Both the position numbers and the translations under genes were made by a program. Below, in pieces: positions 54,071 to 64,000 of a stretch of 64,000 bases of DNA (positions within the stretch are counted from its first letter, which is position 1; each line of letters starts with the position of its first letter). The notes below the pieces were generated by a model. That model was not told where the DNA came from, searched no databases, and worked only from the letters and a program-made list of their open reading frames with translations. This DNA comes from an uncultured Planctomycetota bacterium (GTDB lineage Bacteria; Planctomycetota; Planctomycetia; Isosphaerales; Isosphaeraceae), in contig CAWJTV010000011.1 of the NCBI GenBank assembly GCA_963845755.1, positions 832,001 through 896,000 on the forward strand, in the 5' to 3' direction.

Positions 54071-54379
54071 TTTTTTTCTTACCTATCGCTTCGCAGGCGA
54101 TCAAACAGCCGCGTGGCGACTGGCGGCGGGACGGTCCTCACATCGATGAGTCAGCCCATGGCACAGCGATGCGTGCATGATCCTGTCCCCGGGTCGTCGC
54201 CGGACCGTTGCCTCAGCCGACCGGGAGCAATCGACCCTCAGAACGCACGTGCTGCCGACGGCTCGGGCTCGAAGGGGTTGGGTGGACGGCGGCGCACACC
54301 GAGGTCCTGCTCGGTGAATCCCCACACGATCCGGGTGCGAGGTGCGACGGTTCCTCAGCCTCGGGCCGTACACACCCCA

Positions 54380-54560
54380 GCCAGCGCCGCGGCCATCTCC
54401 GGGGCTTCGGCTGTGCTCCAGGGCTTTCGCCCGGCGTCGCACCCGACGGCGACGACGCGCGATCGTCGCCGCCGCAGCCTCATCGCGACGATACGTCAGG
54501 AAGTGCTCGGGGTGAGCGGCGATCCAAACGTCGGGCAGCAGCGACTCCAAGTCCACCTGG
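54380..54560 (-). pseudogene. Possible C-terminal tail remnant of an IS66-type transposase
   Basis: DLESLLPDVWIAAHPEHFLTYRRDEA resembles IS66 LLP-W tails; the rest is absent. Confidence 0.45.
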
Positions 54561-54646
54561 GACCAACGACACCAACCAGATGACTGAGAGCTCTTGACAC
54601 GACGAAGCGATGGTGTCACTTGGGCGAGGCGAAACTGCTTTCCCGA

Positions 54647-56379
54647 TTAGTCGGTGTAGAGTTTATTCTCGTCCGGGAGTTTTTCATCCTTGAGGAACTG
54701 GTCCTTCTCGGCCAGGAATTTCTCGAGCGGCGGTCGTTCCTTGAGGCCAATCGCCCGTTGATAAGCGTCCGCCAGAGCCAGGAGCGTGCTCTCATCGTAA
54801 AGGCGGCCTGCCATGAACTGCGGTCGAGGCACGAGGAAGCCCTGGTCTTTCTCGAACTTCTTGGGGAAAACAAGGACCGGATGCCCGGCGAGATTTGTGT
54901 ACAGCCCCAACTCCTCTCCGAGATAGATGTCGATTGTCTGCATCAACTTCTCGAGCCGTTCCATCAAGATCGCCCGCAACCGGCTGAATTTCAGGTAATC
55001 GACCGCCGACAAAAGATGGCCGTACGCCCAATACCTGGGCCAACCGTGGACTCCTTTCGGTTCCCCGCGGCGTGTCAGCTCGTCGAACGTCGCGGCCGAC
55101 TCCATCGCGACAACCGCTTCAATCAACTCGAACGTCAGGCCGTAATCGTCCAACAGTTTCGTCTTTGGAATGGGCACGAGTTTGACGCCGAGCTGCGCAG
55201 GACTCGCAGTTCCTCGCGATCGTCATCTTTGCCGTTTTCCGGGGAGTAGCCCACGCGGATCGTGGAAATGTCGCGAGAGGAGGGCCACACATAGGGGCGA
55301 TCGACGGAAACCGCGTCTCGCGGATCGACGCCGTGGATCGTGGCAAAGACCAATCCGCAGTCGTCGGCGCTGCGACAGATCGGCCCGACCGTATCGAGCG
55401 ACCAACACAATTGCATGCAGCCGTACCGGCTCAGCGCCCGTAGGTTGGACGCATCCCGACGGTGCCGCAGCGCATCGACGGGTGGATAATGCTGCCGCCC
55501 GTATCCGTCGCAATCGAGAAGCCGACAGTCCGGCGGCGATCGCCGAGCCGGAGCCCGATGACGAACCCGCTGCATCCAAGTGCGGGTTCCAGGGACTGCG
55601 GGTCAGGCCGCGGTACCATTGAACTCCGCCTCCTGCGAATGGGTTGGTCGCGAGCTTGGCGATGAGCACGGCCCCCGCATTTTCCAGCCGCTCGGCGACC
55701 GCCGCTTTCACGTTGATGACGCGGTTGCGATACTGCGGGCGCACCAGGTCGTGGGGTAGCCGGGATAGGCAATGATGTCCTTCAGCCCCCACGGAATCCC
55801 GTGCAGCGCCCCACGATCCTTCCCCTCAGCTAGCTCACGGTCAGCTCGCCGCGCCTGTTGGAGCGCGGCCTCGTCCATGAAAGTCACGACGCATTTGAGC
55901 AACGGGTCGTAGCGGCGCAGACGGGCAAGGTAGAGCTTCGTCAGTTCGACGGATGAAATCTTTCGGCTGCGTAACAAGGCCCCGATGTGTCGGATCGAAG
56001 CGAACGCCAAGTCCTCGTCGGAGTTGGGGCGTGCCAGCGTACGCGAAACCGGCATCGGCGATGCCACAACTTGATAACCGCGCGGGTCGGGTCGTGATGC
56101 GGGACTTGTCAACGGCGTAAAGACAAGCCCGGGACGCTGCGAATTGTCAAGTTCGATCGCGCGAATGCGTGTCGTCGATTCTCGATACTGATTTAGATGG
56201 TTGGCTGCCGCTTCGCGCTGGGCCGGAGTGAGCCTGATCCCTGCGACCCACTCGGCGTCCTCAACCATTTGTGGCGAAACCGGTCCTTCGGCCGCCTTCG
56301 CCGTCAACGCCCGCTGAAAGACGCCCGTTCCGATCCCTGCCGCCCCGAGAATTGCAAGCGCTCGTCGCCGCGTGAGCAT
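54647..56379 (-). CDS. Amidase-signature family protein with Tat-like signal (frameshifted)
   Basis: MLTRRRAL, ISSVELTKLYLARL, GALHGIPWGLKDII, GSSSGSG, IATDTGGSI. Confidence 0.88.
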
Positions 56380-56657
56380 GGTTCGGGTCCCTCGAGAGAG
56401 GTGTCAAGGACAGCACAGGCGCCATTGTAGGACGCCATCGGTTGAGCGCCATTGATCATGAGCTGGAATTCGCTGATGTCAAGTAAGCGACCAGCGAGAC
56501 CGCGAGGAAGTAGCCCGCCCACACGGCGGCGAAGACCCCGAGACTGTCCAACCAGAGCCAAGGATCCGTGAAGCTGCCGATCGACCTTCCCGAATGGGCC
56601 ACCTTGAAGATTACGACCATCGCGGTCAGCGGGACGGTTGGGCGCAGGGCATTCTTT

Positions 56658-58010
56658 AGGCGAACGGCAGAAATTAATTTACCTGCAAGACAGGCGTTTT
56701 CGGCTTGATCGTGATGTCATACTTCGGTAACGCCGCCAAACGCTCCAGGCGCGCTTCGTACTCCTTCATCTCCTTGGCCGGAACTCGTACGCCATCGGGA
56801 TACTCGCCATGGAGCCGCTTCACCGTCGGGTGCCGACCCTTCCAGACCATCCGGAGGGCGCATTGCAGCACGACCTTCAGACAGGTCAATAAGACGCCGT
56901 TCCATTTCTTCTCCAACGCCGACCAGCAGCGTTCGATCGGATTGTATTTGCTGTGATAAGGGGGATAGTACACCAAGCGAATCTCCAATCCCGACCCGTC
57001 GGCGAATTCCACCATCCGTTTCAAGAACTGGGTCCGCCGGCCTGAGTTCTTCGGGCCGTTGTTGACGTAGATCACCAAGCGTTTGATATGTCCCAAACCC
57101 GACCGGACCTCCAGCCACCACATCCTCAAGGCATCGACCCAGGCATCGCTGGTCTCGCGCTCGCCAAACAGAAGCATCAACGCGCCCGTTGCCATCATCA
57201 GGACGCCGAAGGGAACCAGTTTCTCCTTGGCGGGCGGATCATGGTCCCATCCCTTGGTCACTTCACCGTCGGCGTCAGTCCGGGTTTTTTCCCCCCCGAG
57301 CGTAATCGCCCAATCCCACCTTGGCTTTGGTATCCATGGAGATCTCCAGAGTTTCCGGATCGGCCCGCGCCTGTTCCCGTACGGTCTTGATGTTGGCGAA
57401 GATCGCGTCGGTTTCTTTGGTCTTCTTCAGCGGTTTGCCCTTCTGAATCCGCTTGAGCCGATAGTTCATCCGATTGAGGATGTCCCGCATCGTGCGGCTC
57501 GCTGGGCAACTCCTCGAGGGCATAGCCTTTGGCGATCAGGGCGTCGCGCACCTCAGCCGCCGACAAGTTGGTGTACCGCCGCGGCGACTTGAGTTCCGGA
57601 TCGGCGTGCGAATGGGGTTCCACGATGGCGCGGATATCGGTCGCCAATTGGGGATCCTTGTCTTCGCTGCGCGGCCGGCCCCGTGCGGCAAAATCCTCCA
57701 GACACCGGAGGCCTTGCCGGGCCTCATGGAGTCCTTTCTCGACCGTCTCGCGCCCCCAGCCGAAACGGCGTTCGGCTTTGCGAGCGCTGCCGTTGCACAA
57801 TTCGGTAGCGACCTCGGCGAGGAACAAGCGGCGCTGGTATCCGGTCAGGCGCTGGCGCCGGAACGAAGCAAGTCATCAACGCAGGCGGCGGACGTGTCCA
57901 TGAGCGTGACCCCCCTCGTGGGACAAGACAATCCTCAAGGAACAGTCTCGCATCCCGCGGGATGGCCGGATACCTCAGTTCTTGGGTAGGATTCCACTTA
58001 CCGATCGCCT
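56658..58010 (-). mobile_element. ISAzo13-family IS; transposase 57901-56674
   Basis: ISMDTKAKV, YARGGK at a GGGGGGAAAAAAC slippery site, NNGPKNSGRRTQF, YYPPYHSKYNPIERCW; ends AGGCGAACGGCA / TACCGATCGCCT. Confidence 0.88.
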
Positions 58011-58160
58011 AAGGATACGAGTCCGAGGTAAGCTGAAGGTTCGTAATCACCGCTTCCAGCCCGGCCCGGAGACGTTGGCCAGGGAGCATCGAGCGGTGGT
58101 GGCGTCCGTCGACGATCGGCATGAGGCCGTCGCCGGTCGGGCTGGATGCGGAGCCCCGAC

Positions 58161-59398
58161 ATGTCTCAGGAATCCCGCTGCCAGACGACGCATCTCCAGA
58201 TCCTCGCGGGGAACTGCCCCTGGTGCAAAACGGTGATCGGTGCCGAGTCGCCAGCCGATGCCCCCGGGGAACGCCGGTGGGACATCTCCCGCCTGAAAGT
58301 CAACCTGAATCACGCGGACACCGAAGCCCGGATGACCACGATCGGGAATGCGGGATGGTAACTTCCCGACGTGGCCGAAGCCGTGGACGTCCTCCGCATC
58401 GCCCTGAGCAACTCGGAGAAACGGGTTCGGGAAGCGGCGACGACCGCCCTGGTGTCGCTGGATCGCCGGCTCGCCGCCGATGCGATCGACGCGTTGGAAG
58501 TCGCTTCGCTCAAGTGGAGGCATCGGGACGACCTGGCGATTCGCATCGTGCTCCTGGGCCATTACAACGGCAAGCATCGCCGATCGGAGGCGACCCGGGA
58601 GGCACGGCAGGCCCTTGTCCTCTGGATCATCGAACACGCCCCGAGGTCCGTCGTCGCGGGGACCGCGTACGTGACACTATTCCCAGCCGGGGACGGACTG
58701 GCTTACCAGCAGGGAGGACAGCGCTGGATCGCCCTGGTCGAGGATCATCCCGAGGACACGGTGATCCTGGGCAACGCCGCTTGCTTCTTCACTCTGAGCG
58801 ACCAGGACAGAAGCGAGGAACTTTTGAGGCGCGCCCGGGCCTTGGATCCGGAAGACCCTGTCTGGTCGGAGCGGCTCGCGCACCTCTACTGGATGGCGAT
58901 GTTCGGCAAGCGCGGCCAGGCCCGGCGGTTATTGGCGGCGAGGGCCCAGGCCGAGTTGGAGTGGCGCAAGGGTTGTATCAGGACGAGCAGGAACGGCTGG
59001 GACAACTCCACCTCCTGGCCGAGTGCACATTGGAGGCTGGCGATCATGCCAGGGCCGAAGATTATGCCTCGGAATTGCTCTCCAGGGCCGAGACTGAAGA
59101 CAAGAACATCTTCTATGGCCACCAGATCCTGGCGAGGGTGGCTCTCGCCGAAGGGGACGTGGAGCGGGCGAAGTCGCACTTGCTCGCTTCCGCGGAGACG
59201 GCGGACTGCCCCCTGTGGAGCAGCACCTTCCGGAGCATGGCGCTGGCCAAGGACCTGCTCGACCGGGGCGAGCAGGAGACGGTCCGCCGCTTTCTGGAAC
59301 GGTGCGCGTTGTGGTGGCCGGGGAATGCGCAGTGGCTCACCGAGTGCGTCGAGGCGATCGACCGACGTGAGGAGCCCATCTTCTTGTGCTGGGATTGA
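58161..59398 (+). CDS. HEAT/TPR-repeat protein (internal TAA at 58359 and a frameshift; possible pseudogene)
   Basis: ORFs 58146, 58371 and the end of 58121 are colinear; helical repeats (LLRRARALDP, ILARVALAEGDVERAK). Confidence 0.6.
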
Positions 59399-59536
59399 GC
59401 ATCTGGTCCCTGAGATGTTGGATGCCGGACTTCGTCCGGGACGACGCTCATCCGGACGTGGGAGGTCGGGCAACCGGTCCTTCTTGTTCAAGTCCAACCC
59501 GAAACGACATACCTTCTCTCCGGGGGAGTGACCGCG

Positions 59537-59866
59537 ATGGGTCGAAAGAGTCGCTTCGAGTCGAAGGCACTCCAGTATGCCTTCGACCGCTATGTCGGGA
59601 CCGATCCGGCTCGGATCGAGTCGTTCGAGCAAGAGGTGGTCAACGCCGAACTGGCCAGGAAGGTCTACGACCTGCGAACCGAGGCAGGGCTGACCCAAAA
59701 AGGGCTCGCCGAGCTGGTCGGCACGGCTCCATCCGTGATCAGCCGGCTCGAAGACGCCGATTACGAAGGCCATTCCCTGGCGATGCTCCGACGCATCGCC
59801 GCGGCGCTGGGCAAACGCGTCGAGATTCGCTTCGTGACCGTCAAGCGGGCCACGAAGCGTGCGTGA
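59537..59866 (+). CDS. XRE-family HTH protein (HigA-like)
   Basis: LRTEAGLTQKGLAELVGTAPSVISRLEDADYEGHSLAMLRRIA. Confidence 0.88.
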   Translation: MGRKSRFESKALQYAFDRYVGTDPARIESFEQEVVNAELARKVYDLRTEAGLTQKGLAELVGTAPSVISRLEDADYEGHSLAMLRRIAAALGKRVEIRFVTVKRATKRA

Positions 59867-60203
59867 GCAACAGCGACCCACTTCGGTTGGCCCAGCCGCC
59901 GAGTCGTCCGAATCGCATGATGATCTATCAGGAACCGATAATCATTGTTTCGCCTGAACGACTGGTTCCCACCATCGAACTCGACTTCGTCTGCAAAAAG
60001 GAAAATGCCGAAGTCGCCGCCCGACGCATTCCGATCGGACGCACCGGCCTCAAGGGCCAGTGCGACCTCGGCGGACGTCCCAACGATTCTCGCCGCCGAA
60101 TGGGCTGGATGCGAATGGAACGGATGGATACGATGGATGGCTACTGTACATCACGCCCAAGACCGGCCACCGAGCTTCCGTTCGATTCCCAAGGGGAGCG
60201 TCC

Positions 60204-60653
60204 ATGACCGATGCCGAGCTGCGGATCTTCGCATTCCTCACGACCTCCGATGCCACTCGGCCCGCCGATCTCCCCGATTGGTTGCTCGCCGTCCTCGAAG
60301 GCGACCGCCCGGACGAGCTCAGCCACGAGCTGATCACCGCCGCCTCGCTCATCTATGCCCGCCGCCTGCACCCGGGGATCAGCCTCGACGACGCCCGGGA
60401 CCTAATCGCCGGATACGCCGCCGACCCGGCGCGACTCGAAGAGCTCTCCGGTCGGATCACGGCGTTCCGGCTGGCTTGCTGCTTCGAGCGGCTCAAGCGT
60501 TCGGGGCGGTTCGAGGACGTCTTCATCGACGACCCGTTCGATCCCGACGGCGCCGTGTCGGTGAAGCTGACCGAGGCGGAATGGCGGTCCGCCAACCGGG
60601 CGTCACATCCTCGGGACGCGTCGCACGGTCAGGACGACTTCAGCCGGAATTAG
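60204..60653 (+). CDS. Hypothetical protein
   Basis: GGGGAG RBS plus ATG, high-GC3 codon usage. Confidence 0.6.
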   Translation: MTDAELRIFAFLTTSDATRPADLPDWLLAVLEGDRPDELSHELITAASLIYARRLHPGISLDDARDLIAGYAADPARLEELSGRITAFRLACCFERLKRSGRFEDVFIDDPFDPDGAVSVKLTEAEWRSANRASHPRDASHGQDDFSRN

Positions 60654-60695
60654 CCTCGTCTCGCGATGATGTCCGTTTCGTCCGGAGAACCATTC

Positions 60696-61403
60696 ATGAC
60701 CGCAGAAGAGATCCTTGATGAACTCAGGGCGCTCGGGGCGGAAAGCATCAAGAAGGTGCTTCGCAATCACGGCGTGCAGGAACCGTTCTTCGGCGTGAAG
60801 ATCGGGGACATGAAACCGATCCAGAAGCGAATCAAGAAAGACTATCAACTCGCGCTCGATCTGTACGACACCGGGAATTACGACGCCATGTATCTGGCCG
60901 GGCTGGTCGCCGACGATGCCAGGATGACCAGGAAGGATCTCAATCGCTGGGTGAAAACGGCCAAGGGAGGGTGTCTCGCATCGGCCACAGTCCCGTGGGT
61001 CGCGGCGGGAAGTCCTCACGGGTACGAGATCGCCCTGGAGTGGATCGAATCCCAGGAAGACCACGTGGCTGCTGCCGGGTGGGCGACTCTGTGCAGCCTG
61101 GTGGCCCTGAAGGATGACGACGATCTCGATCTGGCCGGGCTGAAACGACTCCTCCGGCGCGTGCAGGAGACGATCCATCAGCAGCCGGATTCCGTTCGCC
61201 AGGCCATGAACGGCTTCTTGATCGCAATGGGCACGTACGTGAAGGGACTCAGCGACCTGGCTGCGCAGGCGGCGGAGAAGGTCGGCCCGGTTTCGGTCGA
61301 CATGGGTAACACGGCCTGCAAGGTACCCGACGCGGTGGAGTCTATCCATAAGGCCCGCGAGAGGGGAGCGATCGGTAAGAAACGCAAGACGGTGAAATGC
61401 TGA
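60696..61403 (+). CDS. DNA alkylation repair protein (AlkD-like)
   Basis: FFGVKIGDMKPIQKRIKKDYQLALDLYDTGNYDAMYLAG; VSVDMGNTACKVP. Confidence 0.85.
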   Translation: MTAEEILDELRALGAESIKKVLRNHGVQEPFFGVKIGDMKPIQKRIKKDYQLALDLYDTGNYDAMYLAGLVADDARMTRKDLNRWVKTAKGGCLASATVPWVAAGSPHGYEIALEWIESQEDHVAAAGWATLCSLVALKDDDDLDLAGLKRLLRRVQETIHQQPDSVRQAMNGFLIAMGTYVKGLSDLAAQAAEKVGPVSVDMGNTACKVPDAVESIHKARERGAIGKKRKTVKC

Positions 61404-61512
61404 ACGAGGGAATGGTTGCTGAGATCGACTGGGGATGTCGATTCCGATAGGGTTATGTTCCGCCAGGATTCCCGGGAGGACCGTCTTCGCTGCGGCCACG
61501 GAGGGATGGCTC

Positions 61513-61983
61513 ATGATCATCCGCATTCCCCTGTTCCCGATTGAGTTCGAGTTCATCGCCCGGAGGCGGACACGGCCATTTCGCATCCGATTGAGAACCC
61601 TCCTGATCGCCACGGCGGTTGTGGCGGTGATCATCTACCTGTTCTTGCCACTCTCCCCGGCCGATCGTCGGTTGAGGGCCAGTTACGAACACCTGGGCGC
61701 GCATGTCCTGAATTCGGGAATGACCAAGGGACAGATCATTGAGCAAATTGGCCCACCTGCCGCGGCCGATATCCCGTCAACGCCGAACCATGCCACCGGC
61801 TATACCTGGGTGGCATCGTTCGAGACACCCTTGAGGTATCAACGCTTTGAACTCAGGCTCTCTTTCAACTCGGCCAGCGATGATGATGAGGTGACTGCCG
61901 TCGGCATGGACACAACGGATTACCAGGGCCTTGAGTTGATGTGGTATCGAGTTATGGGTATCTTGGCTCGATTTTCATCATGA
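61513..61983 (+). CDS. Membrane-anchored hypothetical protein
   Basis: FRIRLRTLLIATAVVAV TM motif; GMTKGQIIEQIGPP (SmpA/OmlA-like). Confidence 0.6.
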   Translation: MIIRIPLFPIEFEFIARRRTRPFRIRLRTLLIATAVVAVIIYLFLPLSPADRRLRASYEHLGAHVLNSGMTKGQIIEQIGPPAAADIPSTPNHATGYTWVASFETPLRYQRFELRLSFNSASDDDEVTAVGMDTTDYQGLELMWYRVMGILARFSS

Positions 61984-62000
61984 TCGTATAACTCCGCGGA

Positions 62001-62287
62001 TTCGGAGACTGTCGCACGGACATCGGGCATGGGGATTCCGCCCCGAGGAACGCTGACGAAACAACCTCACGATTTCCCCTCGTTCCCATGCTCCGCGTGG
62101 GAATGCCGTCCGGGACGCTCCGCGTCCCACGGGCGGGGCCGAAGGCCGCGACGCAGAGCGTCGAAGAAGGCATTCCCACGCAGAGCGTCGGAACGAGTTA
62201 GGGCTGGTCCGATTCCGGGAAGTTGTTTCGTCAGCGTTCCTCGGGGCGACAGACAACGATGCCGTTTTCGTTGCGACAGTCTCCGGA
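62001..62287. repeat. Nested palindromic (REP/MITE-like) intergenic element between convergent genes
   Basis: Outer IR CGGAGACTGTCGCA / TGCGACAGTCTCCG; perfect 26-bp IR 62040-62065 / 62222-62247; inner REP pair CTCGTTCCCATGCTCCGCGTGGGAATGCC ... GGCATTCCCACGCAGAGCGTCGGAACGAG. Confidence 0.85.
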
Positions 62288-62330
62288 TTCGATATCATTG
62301 CAGGCACACGCCGGGCCGGCAAGAGTTCGG

Positions 62331-63153
62331 TCACGCCTCGAACATGTGGTTTACGTCCTGATAGCTGACGGCGTCACTTGCGAAGGTGAACGTGCCGAGT
62401 TCGCGCATTTCCCGGGCGGCGCGAAGGAACGCACCCAGTGCGGCCCGACTGAGCGCACTGCCGACGCTGATCCGCTTCACGCCGAGCTTCGAAAGGTCCG
62501 CGAGGCTCAACGGAACGCCGCGCAGGCCCATCACGACATTCACCGGGCGATCCACGGAACGGACCACCGCCGCGATGTCTTCCTGCGTTCGCGAGGCCCG
62601 GCGCATACAGGACGTCCGCCCCGGCGTCCTGATACGCTTGCAGGCGCTGGATGGTGTCCTTGAGGTCGGGCCGTCCCCAGAGGTAGTTTTCCGCACGCCC
62701 CGTGAGCGTGAACGACCATGGCAGCGCCCGCGCCGCCTCCGACGCGGCGCGGACCCGCTCCACCGCGGCGCCGAGTTCGTAGATCGGATCCTCGGGGCGA
62801 TTGGTCGTGTCTTCGATCGAGCCGCCGACGACTCCGGCCGCGGCGGCCAGTCGGATCGTCTCCGCGACGGATTCGAGGGTGTCACCGTAGCCGTTCTCGA
62901 GGTCGGCACTGACCGGCAAATCGGTGGCTGACGCGATCGCACCGACGTGGGAGATCATCTCATCCCGACCGACCTTGTAGTCTCGCTTTCCGGCGGAGAA
63001 GGCGTAGCCGGCGCTCGTGGTCGCCAGCGCCTTGAAGCCGAGATGAGCCAGCAGCCGTGCCGTGCCGACATCCCACGGATTGGGGATAATGAAAGCGCCG
63101 TCGGCCTCGTGGAGCGCACGAAAAACTCGTCCCTTTTCCGATTGCGTCATCAT
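62331..63153 (-). CDS. Isocitrate lyase/PEP mutase family protein (one frameshift)
   Basis: IPNPWDVGTAR, ALATTSAG, LPVSADLENGYG, GGSIED, AGADVLYAPG, GVKRISVGSAL. Confidence 0.9.
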
Positions 63154-63388
63154 GCCCGTTCACCGGTAGCGAGAAGTGTCGATGGTGGATGGAACGCTCC
63201 CTCGCCGACTTCCACGAGGATTCTTTCTTCGCCGATGATAGGGCGGTTGGTCACCCGTCGCAATGTGGGATTCCCGCGATCCGTGAACACTGGTAACCGC
63301 CGGGCGGCGCCGGATCAGGTGATGGCAGCAGGTAGGCCGCGGGCCGGCAATGGGTCCCGCCAGGCGTGAGGAGTTCCTCGATGGGAGG

Positions 63389-64000
63389 TCAGGGTTTGAC
63401 GATCTCGAGCGCCTCATCCTTCCCGGCGAGGTTCTCGGGATCGATCATGTGAAGGAGCGTTGCCGCGGCGAGGCGAACGTTGGCGTCCTTGTGTTCGAGT
63501 TGTCGCGCCAGTTCCCTGCCGCATCGTCGTAGCGCCAACGGCGTGGGCGATCCCGCGGGGAACGTGGCAGCAACGATCCCCGCGGTCCCGAACTCCGCCG
63601 ATCCGGCCGAATAAAACGCCGTGAGGGCGTTCTGCCGTTCCGTCAGTGAGAGAGTCGGATCGGAGGCAACTTTCTCCAGGATCGTGACGATCTGGGTGCT
63701 GGGATTCGCGTCGGTGTCGAACGCCTGCATCGCGGCCAGAGCGGCGCTGTACCGCACGGCGGGGTCGTCGGCCTTCAGCAAGACATCGAGGGCCGGCAGG
63801 ATGCGTGCGGCGCCGGCTCCGAGGGCCGAGACGCAGCTCACCGCATCGCTGCGCACCGCTCCGTCCTTGTTCGCGAGCAGGCTTGCGAGCGCCCGGGCGG
63901 CCGCGTCCTGACCTGGCTCGCCGGCAAACTGCATGACCTCGATGACGGACTTACGGTCCGGTATCGGCTCCGGGTCGGCAACCACTCGGGCGAGCCCGCG
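63389..64000 (-). CDS. HEAT-repeat protein, 3' part (5' end outside the window)
   Basis: LLANKDGAVRSDAV, LLKADDPAVRYSAA, LEHKDANVRLAAA. Confidence 0.75.
   Translation of the reverse strand, partial: RGLARVVADPEPIPDRKSVIEVMQFAGEPGQDAAARALASLLANKDGAVRSDAVSCVSALGAGAARILPALDVLLKADDPAVRYSAALAAMQAFDTDANPSTQIVTILEKVASDPTLSLTERQNALTAFYSAGSAEFGTAGIVAATFPAGSPTPLALRRCGRELARQLEHKDANVRLAAATLLHMIDPENLAGKDEALEIVKP

Noticed and set aside
58359..58361. In-frame TAA in the HEAT/TPR gene as recoding
   Set aside because: TAA is not a known bacterial recoding codon, and the gene has a further frameshift.

Overview
High-GC window that looks like a planctomycete, probably Isosphaeraceae-like. The signs are ECF sigma factors with long C-terminal extensions, an 'LEGRALMA' planctomycete N-terminal motif, carboxypeptidase-regulatory-like repeat proteins and ccsA-hemA linkage. 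Many genes, including hemA and the cysteine desulfurase, are broken by single-base indels, most likely long-read consensus errors, so 'frameshifted' below does not mean pseudogene. Layout: 1-4.4 kb holds an FGE/SUMF1-domain protein, a PIN toxin and a Shedu-like nuclease. 4.7-33.5 kb holds mostly resident genes: hemA, ccsA, a GT87, a three-gene secreted-protein operon, a YtrA-ABC-ECF cluster, a cysteine desulfurase and an ECF. 34-58 kb is a defence/mobile region: paired ATPases, an XamI-type R-M pair, IS4, TlpA, a DUF4157 effector cassette, ISKra4, nested MITE/IS630/ISNCY-like elements, an amidase and ISAzo13. 58-64 kb holds miscellaneous genes. Best leads: (1) a secreted protein with an in-frame UGA in a U-G-T-F-C motif plus a downstream hairpin, a candidate selenoprotein, at the end of an operon of two tandem paralogues; (2) a CTAG-ended IS and its MITE that both insert into A7/T7 tracts, one of which is the frameshift site of an IS630; (3) a DUF4157 protein with a low-GC TIKI/EreA-ChaN-like C-terminal domain between direct repeats; (4) a DGR-type variable region on the FGE protein; (5) a Shedu nuclease whose N-terminus is a copy of its neighbour's. 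No rRNA, tRNA or CRISPR array was recognised. All family calls come from motif recognition by eye, with no database search.
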